Assembly (NCBI GenBank): GCA_027859095.1
Contig: JAQIBN010000082.1
Coordinates: 1-59,213 of the forward strand
Source: Spirochaetia bacterium
GTDB taxonomy: Bacteria; Spirochaetota; Spirochaetia; B11-G9
DNA length: 59,213 nucleotides
Reading direction: 5' to 3'
Made by a program: the position numbers and the translations under genes. The notes below the pieces were generated by a model, which had not been told where the DNA came from, made no database searches, and worked only from the letters and a program-made list of their open reading frames with translations. The stretch's first letter is position 1, and each line of letters starts with the position of its first letter. Of the stretch, positions 18,227 through 27,950 are shown in pieces.

Positions 18227-20496
18227 ATTTTCATCTTAGGAGTAGATTTTAATAGTGGGGGCAATATAATTAATGTAGCTAAACAAGCTGTACTTAAAGT
18301 AAAAACAATTAATAATCCAAAATATCTTATAGGTTGGAATTGTGCAAAACTAAGGAAAAGTAGTCCTGCTACTATAGAAAGAGTAGTTATAGCTATTGGG
18401 CGTCCTGCATGTTTTAATGTTTCTAATATTGCATTTCTATTATTTGTAGGATTTTTTATAGACTGCTTTTGATATTGTAGTAGAAAATGAATAGAGTCAT
18501 CTACACCAACTCCGATTGAAATACATGAAACCATAATTGTAGTCATATCTAAAGGTATTCGGAAAATTGCCATTAAAATAAGACTTGTAAATATTCCTGT
18601 AAGTAATGGTATTAGTGCTAAAAGGCCTTTTGCAATTGATTTAAAAGATATTGAGGCGATTATACCAATAAAAAATAGTGCTGCTAAAGTTGAGACAAGA
18701 AAGTCTCTTCTCATCTGCTTAGAAAGCTGAAGAAAATTCAGGCTCATTCCATTAATTCTCCATACAATATTACTCTCTACATTATTACTTAATATTTCTT
18801 CCAGATCCTGAACCAGCTTTACTGTGTCCTCTTCATCAATGGGTAGGTTTTTTTCTCTATTAAAAGTCCTAATAGAAATACTTATATTAGAATAATCTTT
18901 ATTTGCAATAGTTTCATCTTTGATGACAGTTCCAAATATTCTTGAAACAAGGAGGTTAAGACCTCTTGATTGAAAATTGCCTTCTTTTCCTGTCATAACA
19001 GTACCAGCAAAATTTAAATACCTGGGAAATGAAAATATATAACTAATATTGGGTAATTCAATGAGCTTTTGTTCCAGTTCATACATACTGGACAGTACTT
19101 CAGGCTTAAGGAAATAACCCTCTTCAGGACCTTTTAATTCTATCTTTAGTTCTTCAAACCCACCAATTTTTTCTAAAAATATTTTATGATCAATTATCAA
19201 ATTTGATGATTTGGGAAAGTACTTACTTGGGCTTGTATTAAATGAAACTCGCGGCATTAGAATAATAAAAGTGGCTAATATTAAAATAATTAAAATAATC
19301 GCCTGAATCTTCCAGTTTACAATTCGTGCACCAAAATGATTCAGAAACTTGGATAATGGATCCTTATCCAGAATCCTTAACTTTTTTTTCTCTGGAGCTG
19401 GTTGTAAAGTAAGGAAAGCTGGTAAGAGAGTTATTGAAAGGATAGCTGTGAAAAATATACCAAGGGAAGTTATCATTGCAAATTCCCTTGTTTGCCTGAT
19501 TGTTGCCAGCATCAGGCTCATTAATCCTATGAGTGTAGTAAAGGAAGCTAATATTACTGTTCCGCTAATACCTGTAACAGATTTTGCAATAATATCAACT
19601 TTAGGTTCATTACTATATTTTGAAAGGTTATAGTAAGCATTCATAACATGAATACTATAGGAGCTGCCAAGGGTAAGTACGAGGGGTGGTGATATTATGC
19701 TGACCATTGATAACTTAAAACCTGCCAGGACCATAATACCCAGAGAGAATATTGTACCACTTATGACAATGGTAATTGGAAGAAAAACTGCACGTTTTGA
19801 TTGAAAGCCCAGATAGTAGCTTACGAGTATAGTTGCAATTACAAGTAATAATAGTTTACCAAATCCTTCAGTTAGAAAAATTTCAGTTTCTGCGGAAAAT
19901 GGCAGTGTACCAGTGACGACAACCTCAAGGTTTTTTCTTAATGGTTCAATTGTTGAATTTATCTCCTGCATCATACTTTTGTAATTATTAGTTTTTTCCA
20001 ATAATATAAGAACCACTAAAGCATCTTTATTTTTTGAACTCAAAAAACCCGTTATGAAGTTTGATTTACTTAACCTGTTTTTAAATATCAAAAGGTCTTC
20101 AATATTTTCAGGTGCAGTACCACCCGGAGAGAGTGGTACTGCTGTAAGTCTGGAACCAATTTTCTCTAGGGTTGTAAATGAAAAGGGATCAATAATTTTT
20201 TTTACAGGAAGTATTGACTGGAGCTTTGAATAGCTATTCTGAAAGTTTTGTAGACTATCTACTGAAAAAAGATTATCTCCACTTACCATTATTAGTAATT
20301 TATCATATATTTCTATATTTTCCTGACCAATCCCTTCTGTTAATTCTTTTGGTAGAAGGCTTTCAACATCCGATTCTATTTGCAATCGTTGGAGAGGCAA
20401 GGCAAATAAAATAGTAATGATTGATGCTATTCCAATTATTATCCATGGATGTTTAACACTGAAATTTACTATTTTATGAGTAAAATATTTAAACAT
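18223..20496 (-). CDS. MMPL/RND-superfamily lipid exporter (COG1033-like)
   Basis: 757 aa. Two blocks of about 6 TM helices, each following a large loop, as in the MMPL/HpnN architecture. 4-nt overlap with the downstream acyltransferase and 8-nt overlap with the upstream pfp. Confidence 0.8.
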   Translation of the reverse strand: MFKYFTHKIVNFSVKHPWIIIGIASIITILFALPLQRLQIESDVESLLPKELTEGIGQENIEIYDKLLIMVSGDNLFSVDSLQNFQNSYSKLQSILPVKKIIDPFSFTTLEKIGSRLTAVPLSPGGTAPENIEDLLIFKNRLSKSNFITGFLSSKNKDALVVLILLEKTNNYKSMMQEINSTIEPLRKNLEVVVTGTLPFSAETEIFLTEGFGKLLLLVIATILVSYYLGFQSKRAVFLPITIVISGTIFSLGIMVLAGFKLSMVSIISPPLVLTLGSSYSIHVMNAYYNLSKYSNEPKVDIIAKSVTGISGTVILASFTTLIGLMSLMLATIRQTREFAMITSLGIFFTAILSITLLPAFLTLQPAPEKKKLRILDKDPLSKFLNHFGARIVNWKIQAIILIILILATFIILMPRVSFNTSPSKYFPKSSNLIIDHKIFLEKIGGFEELKIELKGPEEGYFLKPEVLSSMYELEQKLIELPNISYIFSFPRYLNFAGTVMTGKEGNFQSRGLNLLVSRIFGTVIKDETIANKDYSNISISIRTFNREKNLPIDEEDTVKLVQDLEEILSNNVESNIVWRINGMSLNFLQLSKQMRRDFLVSTLAALFFIGIIASISFKSIAKGLLALIPLLTGIFTSLILMAIFRIPLDMTTIMVSCISIGVGVDDSIHFLLQYQKQSIKNPTNNRNAILETLKHAGRPIAITTLSIVAGLLFLSFAQFQPIRYFGLLIVFTLSTACLATLIILPPLLKSTPKMKI

Positions 20497-22192
20497 TTTC
20501 GATATTATTTCCTTCCAGCTGCAGGGTCATAGATGTAGCGTCACAAACCTCTGAAGGTCCGAAATATTGAATTGCTCCTGGAAACATATAAGTAGACTTG
20601 ATGCCCCAGCTATCCCTTTTAGATGCAAATTCGGCAAATGGTTTTCCATTTAAATCTACCATTGCTTTCTTTATTACTGGTTTCATTTTCCCGTGTCTCT
20701 GTTCAAGGTTCATCATCATGGTTATTGGAACCCCGCCTGCTGTCCACTTACCTACTGGTTTTGATAGATTTCGAATTGATGATAAATACCCTGTTAGCCC
20801 TGATGCCGCCAGAATATATGCGTTAAAACCCAAAGAATAGCAGTAATCAGTATCAAAATTAGATGGAAATGCACATCTTCCTTCATAACCAAAGAAATGA
20901 TCCTGGGGGCTGAAAGTTCCCTTAAACTTGCCTTCACTTTCCATTTCATCCAGTATTGAGGCAACCATTTGAATAAGCAGTTTCTCAGTATCAATACGTG
21001 ATACCTGTACATTGCCGTGAGGGTCTCTATCCACTAGTAACTGTCTTTGGATATTGTTAGGGAGTGTAGAAAAAACGTAAGATGAATCTCTGGAGAGTTC
21101 CCGATTTATCCATCTCGATTGATCCTCAAAAGTATGAAGGGTTTCAAAATGGTCAGTATGGTCTGCAAGCAGTGTATTTAATTCTGAAATTAGTTGTTTC
21201 ATTTCCGGGATAAATTCAATAAGACCTTCAGGTATAAGAACTATTCCGTAATTGCTTCCCATCTCACTTCTTTTTGCAATTATACTCACCATATCCATAA
21301 CTATATCTGTTAATGATTTATGATTATGTTCAATTTCTTCAGAAATAAGAGCAATATTAGGGTGAGTTTGCAGAGCACATTCAAGGCAGATATGAGAAGC
21401 ACTTCTTCCCATTAACTTAATAAAATGCCAGTATTTTTTTGCAGAATTGGCATCTTTTTCTATGTTTCCAATTAATTCAGAATAAGTTTTTGTAGCTGTA
21501 TCGAATCCAAAGGAAACTTCAATGTATTCATTTTTAAGATCACCATCTATTGTTTTTGGTACTCCTATAACAGAAATACCTGAATTTTTCTGTTTGAAAT
21601 ATTCAGCAAGGACTGCTCCATTTGTATTCGAGTCATCTCCACCTACTATAACTATAGATGAAATATCAAGTAATTTACATACATCCTCACAGATATCAAA
21701 TTGTTCAGTTGATTCAAGTTTAGTTCGTCCGGATCCAATAATATCAAATCCACCAGTATTTCTGTATTGATCTACAATCTCAGCACTAAGTTCAATAGAT
21801 TTATTATCAAGTATACCTGAAGGACCACCAAGGAACCCTATTAGTTTAGAGTCTGGGTTAGCCTTTTTCATGGCATCATACAGACCTGAAATAACATTAT
21901 GTCCTCCAGGAGCTTGCCCTCCGGATAATACTACTCCAATATTGATACTTTCTGATTCTATACCTTCCTGTAGTGTTACAGTTTCTATAAAAGGTGCTCC
22001 ATATGTTCTTGGAAAAAGTTCTGTCAATTCCTTTTGATCTGTTTCTGATTTAGTAGAACCTTTGGGATTTATTCCAATTTTATGAATATCTCCTTTTAGT
22101 ACTTCTGGAAGTTTTGGTTCATATTTGTAACGCTCTGTCTGTAATGGTGAATATAACATATTTAACTCCTGCCTATTTATTGTATAACTCAA
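20489..22192 (-). CDS. pfp: Pyrophosphate-dependent 6-phosphofructokinase (long PFP type)
   Basis: 567 aa. Contains GGQAPGGHN, GGDDSNTN, PKTIDGDL and MGR, which are hallmarks of PPi-PFK. Confidence 0.9.
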   Translation of the reverse strand: MSYTINRQELNMLYSPLQTERYKYEPKLPEVLKGDIHKIGINPKGSTKSETDQKELTELFPRTYGAPFIETVTLQEGIESESINIGVVLSGGQAPGGHNVISGLYDAMKKANPDSKLIGFLGGPSGILDNKSIELSAEIVDQYRNTGGFDIIGSGRTKLESTEQFDICEDVCKLLDISSIVIVGGDDSNTNGAVLAEYFKQKNSGISVIGVPKTIDGDLKNEYIEVSFGFDTATKTYSELIGNIEKDANSAKKYWHFIKLMGRSASHICLECALQTHPNIALISEEIEHNHKSLTDIVMDMVSIIAKRSEMGSNYGIVLIPEGLIEFIPEMKQLISELNTLLADHTDHFETLHTFEDQSRWINRELSRDSSYVFSTLPNNIQRQLLVDRDPHGNVQVSRIDTEKLLIQMVASILDEMESEGKFKGTFSPQDHFFGYEGRCAFPSNFDTDYCYSLGFNAYILAASGLTGYLSSIRNLSKPVGKWTAGGVPITMMMNLEQRHGKMKPVIKKAMVDLNGKPFAEFASKRDSWGIKSTYMFPGAIQYFGPSEVCDATSMTLQLEGNNIENV

Positions 22193-22346
22193 GTTTTATA
22201 GGCTATTATGTCCTTTTTTATAACTTTTTTGCAATAAGATGACTTGATATGCTGGAATAACTACATTTTAAAATATCATACAGCAATAAGCTCAACTGAA
22301 AAAAGTATTCTTGACTATCTTGTGTCTGAAATATAAACTTTTGTTT

Positions 22347-23540
22347 ATGAAACCTTTTAAATTAAAAAATATAATTCAAAATTATTCCTGGGGTACTACT
22401 GATTTTATTCCTGAATTATTAGGTCTAAATGATACTGGTGAACATTCTGCTGAACTCTGGATGGGAGATCATCCCAGAGGGGCATCAATAGCACTCCTTG
22501 ATTCAGAAGATATCCCGTTAGATCAGATTAAATTAGAAGTTTATCAGGATATTTTAGGTAAAGACGCAGAAAGATTTGGTAACAATCTTCCTTTTCTTTT
22601 TAAGGTTCTTTCTGCAGAGTCACCACTTTCAATTCAGGCTCATCCAACTAAAGAACAAGCTGAAAATGGTTTTTTGACAGAAAATAATAAGTTTGTCCCT
22701 TTGGATGCTTTCAATAGAAATTATAAGGATAATAACCACAAACCCGAAATTATATGTGCTTTAACAACTTTTACTGCTATGTGCGGATTTAAAGCTTCTA
22801 ATGAAATAGAATCAAATTTTATTAAACTGAAAAGTGAGGTCTTTAAAGATTATTTACAATCTGATTTTGATATAAAAGTAGAAAACAGTATAAAATCATT
22901 TTTTTCAACTTTGATGTCTCTGGATACTTTGAAATTAAAGAGTTTGGTAAAAGATGCTCTTCTTTGGGCCGGAAATGATAAATCTCTGGAAGCAAAACTG
23001 GTTCGGGAATTTGCTCTATTGTATGATAATGATCCTGGAGTTCTTTCCCCACTATTCCTGAATGTTTACGTTCTTCACCCTGGTGAAGCTCTATATCAGG
23101 GGCCTGGTGAACTTCATGCATATATTAAAGGTACTGGTATAGAGTTAATGTCCAATTCAGATAATGTCCTTCGTGGAGGATTAACTCCTAAGCATGTGGA
23201 TGTAGAAGAATTATTAAAAGTTTTAAATTTTCAGTCTACTGGTAAAAAAATACTTTTCCCAAAAAATATTTTACAAGGTGTTTCTGAGTATACCACCCCC
23301 TCAGATGAATTTATTTTAAGATATTTCAAGATTGCTGAAAAAGGAACAATCGAAATAAAAAATCGTATGTCCCTTGAAATTCTTTTATGTACATCTGGAG
23401 ATGCCGTTTTGACTTACAATACAGGATCTATATCGATTTCGAAAGGTGAAAGTATACTTATTCCTGCTTCTCTTAATTCTTACATAATTAAAGGATCTTC
23501 AGAAATATATTCTGCAGGAATACCACAGGCTCAGTCATAA
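22347..23540 (+). CDS. manA: Mannose-6-phosphate isomerase, class I
   Basis: MKPFKLKNIIQNYSWG..., ELWMGDHP, SIQAHP and LHAY motifs. The ATG at 22347 is preferred over the TTG at 22311. Confidence 0.85.
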   Translation: MKPFKLKNIIQNYSWGTTDFIPELLGLNDTGEHSAELWMGDHPRGASIALLDSEDIPLDQIKLEVYQDILGKDAERFGNNLPFLFKVLSAESPLSIQAHPTKEQAENGFLTENNKFVPLDAFNRNYKDNNHKPEIICALTTFTAMCGFKASNEIESNFIKLKSEVFKDYLQSDFDIKVENSIKSFFSTLMSLDTLKLKSLVKDALLWAGNDKSLEAKLVREFALLYDNDPGVLSPLFLNVYVLHPGEALYQGPGELHAYIKGTGIELMSNSDNVLRGGLTPKHVDVEELLKVLNFQSTGKKILFPKNILQGVSEYTTPSDEFILRYFKIAEKGTIEIKNRMSLEILLCTSGDAVLTYNTGSISISKGESILIPASLNSYIIKGSSEIYSAGIPQAQS

Positions 23541-24019
23541 TGAAAATTTGGGTAGATTCTGACTCTTGTCCTCGTCAAATTCGTCAAATTATAGTACGTG
23601 CATCAATAAGGGTTGAAATTAAGACAGTTTTTGTTGCAAATGTAAATATTCCTGATGCAAAAAATAAGTGGTCATCAATGCAGTTGGTTCCTGTAGGTGA
23701 AGGTGAAGCAGATAAATATATCGTTAGAAATGGTGAAAAAGGGGATATGGCCATAACCAGAGATATTCCTCTGGCTGCTGACCTTGTAAAAATGGGATTA
23801 TTAGTTTTGGATGACAGAGGTAGTGTCTTTACAGCTGATAATATAGGTGAAAGGCTTTCCATGAGAAATGCAATGACTGAACTAAGAAGTTATGGAGTTA
23901 TGTCTAAATCATCTGGAACTATGAGTAATAAGGATATTCAGCAGTTTGCCAATGCATTTGACAAGGAATTAAGAACCTGGCAAAATAATTTTGAAAAAAA
24001 GATTGATTTTGGGGTTTAA
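23540..24019 (+). CDS. YaiI/YqxD (UPF0178) family protein
   Basis: 159 aa. N-terminal MKIWVDSDSCP and downstream ITRDIPLAA are typical of UPF0178. Its start overlaps the manA stop (TAATG). Confidence 0.8.
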   Translation: MKIWVDSDSCPRQIRQIIVRASIRVEIKTVFVANVNIPDAKNKWSSMQLVPVGEGEADKYIVRNGEKGDMAITRDIPLAADLVKMGLLVLDDRGSVFTADNIGERLSMRNAMTELRSYGVMSKSSGTMSNKDIQQFANAFDKELRTWQNNFEKKIDFGV

Positions 24020-24044
24020 CCATGTATATTGAAAGTGAAGATAA

Positions 24045-25052
24045 ATGAAAAAAATATTGTTTTTGTCACCTGCTATTTTCCTATTTATGATTTCCGCATG
24101 TTCTATTAATCAGTTTGCAGTACGAATTGTTGCAGATGCCCTTACGGGTAGTGAAGGTGGATCCGTTTTTATGACAGATGATGATCCTGAATTTATTGCT
24201 GCTGCTCTTCCTTTTGCATTGAAAACTTTTGAGAGCTTATTACAATCAGATCCCAAAAATATTGATTTAATTGAAGCAACTGCAGGTGGATTTATATCTT
24301 ATGCAAATGGTTTCCTCCAATCTCCTGCAGAACTAATGGAATATGACCAAATAGAGGTGAAAGAAAGACTTCTAACCCGGGCCGCAGCAATGTACAGGCG
24401 GGGTGGTGGATATGCATCCCGTGGACTTGAATTAGTCTATCCTGAATTTAATTTAAGTTTTTCCAATGGAGACAGTAACTTAGCTTTAATGAATCTGGAG
24501 AATAATGCTGTTCCTTTTCTATACTGGAAAGCAGCAGCAATTATGGGTGAGTTCTCGGTGGACAGTTTTAACCCTGAACTGATGGTAAAGATCCCTCAGG
24601 CTGTTGCTTTCGCTGTAAGAGCTTTGGAATTGGAGGAAGACTATAATAAAGGGGCTATCCATGACCTTTTGATTTCCATTTTTGCTAATTTACCGGTGAA
24701 TTTGATATATAGTGCAGATGAAACAGTCAGTACCTATTCTGTAAAACAGGTTTTGGAAGATTATTACAGCAGTTATGGCTATGGTTTTAAAGAAATGTCT
24801 CTTGAAGATCAAGCTATATTCCATTTTGATCTATCCATTCAAATATCACGTGGATTGAATGCGTCACCATATGTTTCAATTAGTCCAATATATATAATCA
24901 ATCAGGATACGGATAGTTTTATTTCGGTTCTAAATAAAGCTATAGAGATAGATCTGGATTTAAATCCTGAAAACAGATTGCAGAATATTATAAGTCAAAG
25001 AAAGGCCAGATGGTTTCTGGAGCATATAGAAGACTATTTTTTTATACTTTAA
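24045..25052 (+). CDS. tatT: TatT-like TPR lipoprotein accessory component of a TRAP transporter
   Basis: 335 aa with lipobox MISAC and a helical-repeat body. Sits immediately upstream of the DctP-like and fused DctQM genes, as in the Treponema pallidum Tp0956-0958 TPAT arrangement. Confidence 0.65.
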   Translation: MKKILFLSPAIFLFMISACSINQFAVRIVADALTGSEGGSVFMTDDDPEFIAAALPFALKTFESLLQSDPKNIDLIEATAGGFISYANGFLQSPAELMEYDQIEVKERLLTRAAAMYRRGGGYASRGLELVYPEFNLSFSNGDSNLALMNLENNAVPFLYWKAAAIMGEFSVDSFNPELMVKIPQAVAFAVRALELEEDYNKGAIHDLLISIFANLPVNLIYSADETVSTYSVKQVLEDYYSSYGYGFKEMSLEDQAIFHFDLSIQISRGLNASPYVSISPIYIINQDTDSFISVLNKAIEIDLDLNPENRLQNIISQRKARWFLEHIEDYFFIL

Positions 25053-25067
25053 TTACCAGGAGACCTA

Positions 25068-26066
25068 ATGCAAATTAGAAGGATATTACTGATTTTTATT
25101 TTTATATTTTTCACAGGGACAACTGTTTTTTCTTTAACAATGAAATTAGGTAGTTTAGCTCCCAGAAATTCTCCATGGGATAAAACTCTTAATGAAATCG
25201 CAGCAGAATGGAAAACAATATCAGGAGGAAAGATTCAACTGAAAATTTATCCCGGCGGAATTACCGGTAATGAGGATGATACTCTTAGAAAATTGAGAGT
25301 TGGAGCGTTGGATGGAATGATTGCCTCAACAATGGGCCTTAACAAAATATCCACTGATCTTTTTGCGTTAAGCCTTCCCCTGCTTATTCATGATGAAGGT
25401 GAACTCAATTTTGTAATGAATAAAACTTATGAAACCTTTCATAAGATTATGTCAGATAAAGGATTTGAATTAGTAGGATGGACGAAGGCTGGATGGACAA
25501 ATGTTTTTTCGAGGGATCCTGTTTATTACCCCAGGGATCTTGAATCACAAAAACTTGGATTTACTACAGGGGAGGTTGTTTTTACTCAAATATTGAAGGA
25601 TCTTGGTTTTCATATAGTTCCTGGTGATTCCATAGACTGGCTGACTGGTCTTCAAAGTGGTCGTACAGATGCACTATTGCTTTCTTCACTAATTGCTGCA
25701 GCTTATCAGATTTTCCCAATTGCAGATAATATGCTTGATTTTCAGCTGGCACCAATTCTTGGGGCAATAGTGTTTAGCGAAAGATCCTGGAAGAAAATAC
25801 CCGAGGAGTACAGACAGGATTTTCTGGATGTAATAAAAGAAAAAATTATTACTTTGGATGCAGAGGCACTGGCACTTGAAAAAACCGCACTGCAAGTAAT
25901 GCTTGATAACGGACTTACGGTTAACGCTGCTAATAATGATGTTGTGGCAGCCTGGAAAGATATTGTAAATGATCTCTATGCAAAAGAGGGAATAATAGGA
26001 TCTCTGGTTTCCAGGGACATATATAACGAGATTATTTTCTATACAGAAGAATACAGAAATAACTGA
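25068..26066 (+). CDS. TRAP transporter solute-binding protein (DctP family)
   Basis: 332 aa. Signal peptide and DctP-like N-terminal region (MKLGSLAPRNSPWDK...IQLKIYPGG). Confidence 0.8.
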   Translation: MQIRRILLIFIFIFFTGTTVFSLTMKLGSLAPRNSPWDKTLNEIAAEWKTISGGKIQLKIYPGGITGNEDDTLRKLRVGALDGMIASTMGLNKISTDLFALSLPLLIHDEGELNFVMNKTYETFHKIMSDKGFELVGWTKAGWTNVFSRDPVYYPRDLESQKLGFTTGEVVFTQILKDLGFHIVPGDSIDWLTGLQSGRTDALLLSSLIAAAYQIFPIADNMLDFQLAPILGAIVFSERSWKKIPEEYRQDFLDVIKEKIITLDAEALALEKTALQVMLDNGLTVNAANNDVVAAWKDIVNDLYAKEGIIGSLVSRDIYNEIIFYTEEYRNN

Positions 26067-26073
26067 TAGAACA

Positions 26074-27933
26074 ATGCAAATTAAAAAATATACTATAAAA
26101 GTTGAAGATACAGTTACTTCCGTTTTACTATTGCTATTGGCTATTCTTCCTTTTGTAGAAATTTTACTCCGTACTTTCTTCAAATCAGGTCTGGTCGGAG
26201 GTTCTGAATATACTGCCCACCTTGTTTTGTGGATTACTTTTCTGGGAGGAATGATCACATCCCGAAATAATCAGCATCTGGCAATTTCAGCAGGTTTGAA
26301 TTTACTTGGAAAAAGAACAGTAACCGTTATTGATTTATTTAACCGGACAATTTCAACAGCAATAACATTTGCCTTTGCAATCAGCGGGTTTTCAATGATA
26401 CTTTTAGCTTTTGATAAGGCAATGATGATTGGAGTGTTCCCAGTACGTCTTCTTACATCTATTATACCACTTGGTTATCTCTTCATTTCTATTAGATTTT
26501 CAACAAGCAGCAAAACCAGTGCTTCAGGTAAATGGCTAATTAGAAGTGGTTTTTTATTTGGTATAATTCTTGCAATTCCTTCCATAATAAATATTTTATA
26601 TACTCTACTCCCTGAAGTTCCTGTGTTCATGGATGAAATAAACGATATTTACTTTAATATTGCAGGTATTTTATTTAAGCCCTTTCTTGTTATTCTTATT
26701 TTGTCAACTTTTTTTGGAGTTCCACTTTTTGTCATACTTGGTGGTGTAGCATATATACTTTTTGCAGGGAACTGGGGTGTGCTCGAATTAATTCCAAATG
26801 AGGCGTATTCCATGCTGACAGGAAATACTATAGCAGCTATTCCCATGTTTACTCTTGCTGGTTTTATTCTTTCTGAGAGCAAGGCTGGGGAGCGTTTAAT
26901 TGGACTTTTCCAGGCATTGTTTGGGTGGGTTCCAGGTGGAATGGCTGTCGCTGCAGTATTTGTTTGTGCCTTTTTTACAACTTTTACAGGGGCATCAGGT
27001 GTCACCATACTTGCCCTTGGTGCTTTACTTGCTTTTATCTTGGAAGGAAGAGGTGGTTACAGGAAAGATTTTTCCCATGGACTTCTTACTGCATCAGGTA
27101 GTATTGGCCTTCTTTTTCCACCCAGCCTCCCAATAATCCTTTATGGTGTTATTGCTCAGATTAGTATAAAAGATCTTTTTATAGGGGGAATAATCCCTGG
27201 TTTTTTAATGGTAATAGCACTTTCCGGTTTCGGAATTGTCGTCGCAGTAAAAAGTAAAATTCCAAGGACAAAGTTTAAATTTTCTCTGGTTTTTAGTTCA
27301 CTTAAAGAAGCTGTATGGGAAATATTTTTGCCATTCATTATTTTGTTATCCTATTTTGGTGGTATAACTACTATTGTGGAAACAGGTGCTGTGGCTGTTA
27401 TTTATGTACTTTTTGTAGAAGTTATTATTCAAAAGGATATTAAATATCGTGATATTGTTTCAGTTTTTTTAAAGAGCATTCCTATAATTGGTGGTATTCT
27501 AATAATACTTGCCTCTTCCAGAGGTCTTTCTTATTTTATAATTGATGCAGAAATACCTATGAAGTTGACCTCATGGGTAGAGATTAATATAAGTTCAAAA
27601 TATGTATTTCTTATTCTTCTTAACATTGCACTACTTCTTACAGGTAGTTTGATGGATATCTTTTCTGCAATAATGGTTATTGTCCCTCTCATGCTCCCTC
27701 TTGGTGCCGTATTTGGAATCGATCCGGTACATTTAGGAATAATTTTTCTTGCAAATTTGGAATTAGGTTACCTAACTCCACCTGTAGGACTTAATTTATT
27801 TCTTGCTTCATATCGATTTGAAGAACCTCTTTTAATAATTTATAAAACAGTAATTCCATTTTTCCTTATGCTGCTTTTTATTGTTCTTCTTATTACATAT
27901 GTACCATGGTTGTCTACAGGCCTGTTAAAATAG
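26074..27933 (+). CDS. TRAP transporter fused small/large permease (DctQ-DctM)
   Basis: 619 aa polytopic protein: an N-terminal DctQ-like 4-TM module followed by a DctM-like 12-TM module. Confidence 0.85.
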   Translation: MQIKKYTIKVEDTVTSVLLLLLAILPFVEILLRTFFKSGLVGGSEYTAHLVLWITFLGGMITSRNNQHLAISAGLNLLGKRTVTVIDLFNRTISTAITFAFAISGFSMILLAFDKAMMIGVFPVRLLTSIIPLGYLFISIRFSTSSKTSASGKWLIRSGFLFGIILAIPSIINILYTLLPEVPVFMDEINDIYFNIAGILFKPFLVILILSTFFGVPLFVILGGVAYILFAGNWGVLELIPNEAYSMLTGNTIAAIPMFTLAGFILSESKAGERLIGLFQALFGWVPGGMAVAAVFVCAFFTTFTGASGVTILALGALLAFILEGRGGYRKDFSHGLLTASGSIGLLFPPSLPIILYGVIAQISIKDLFIGGIIPGFLMVIALSGFGIVVAVKSKIPRTKFKFSLVFSSLKEAVWEIFLPFIILLSYFGGITTIVETGAVAVIYVLFVEVIIQKDIKYRDIVSVFLKSIPIIGGILIILASSRGLSYFIIDAEIPMKLTSWVEINISSKYVFLILLNIALLLTGSLMDIFSAIMVIVPLMLPLGAVFGIDPVHLGIIFLANLELGYLTPPVGLNLFLASYRFEEPLLIIYKTVIPFFLMLLFIVLLITYVPWLSTGLLK

Positions 27934-27950
27934 CTGAAAAGGGGTATTAA

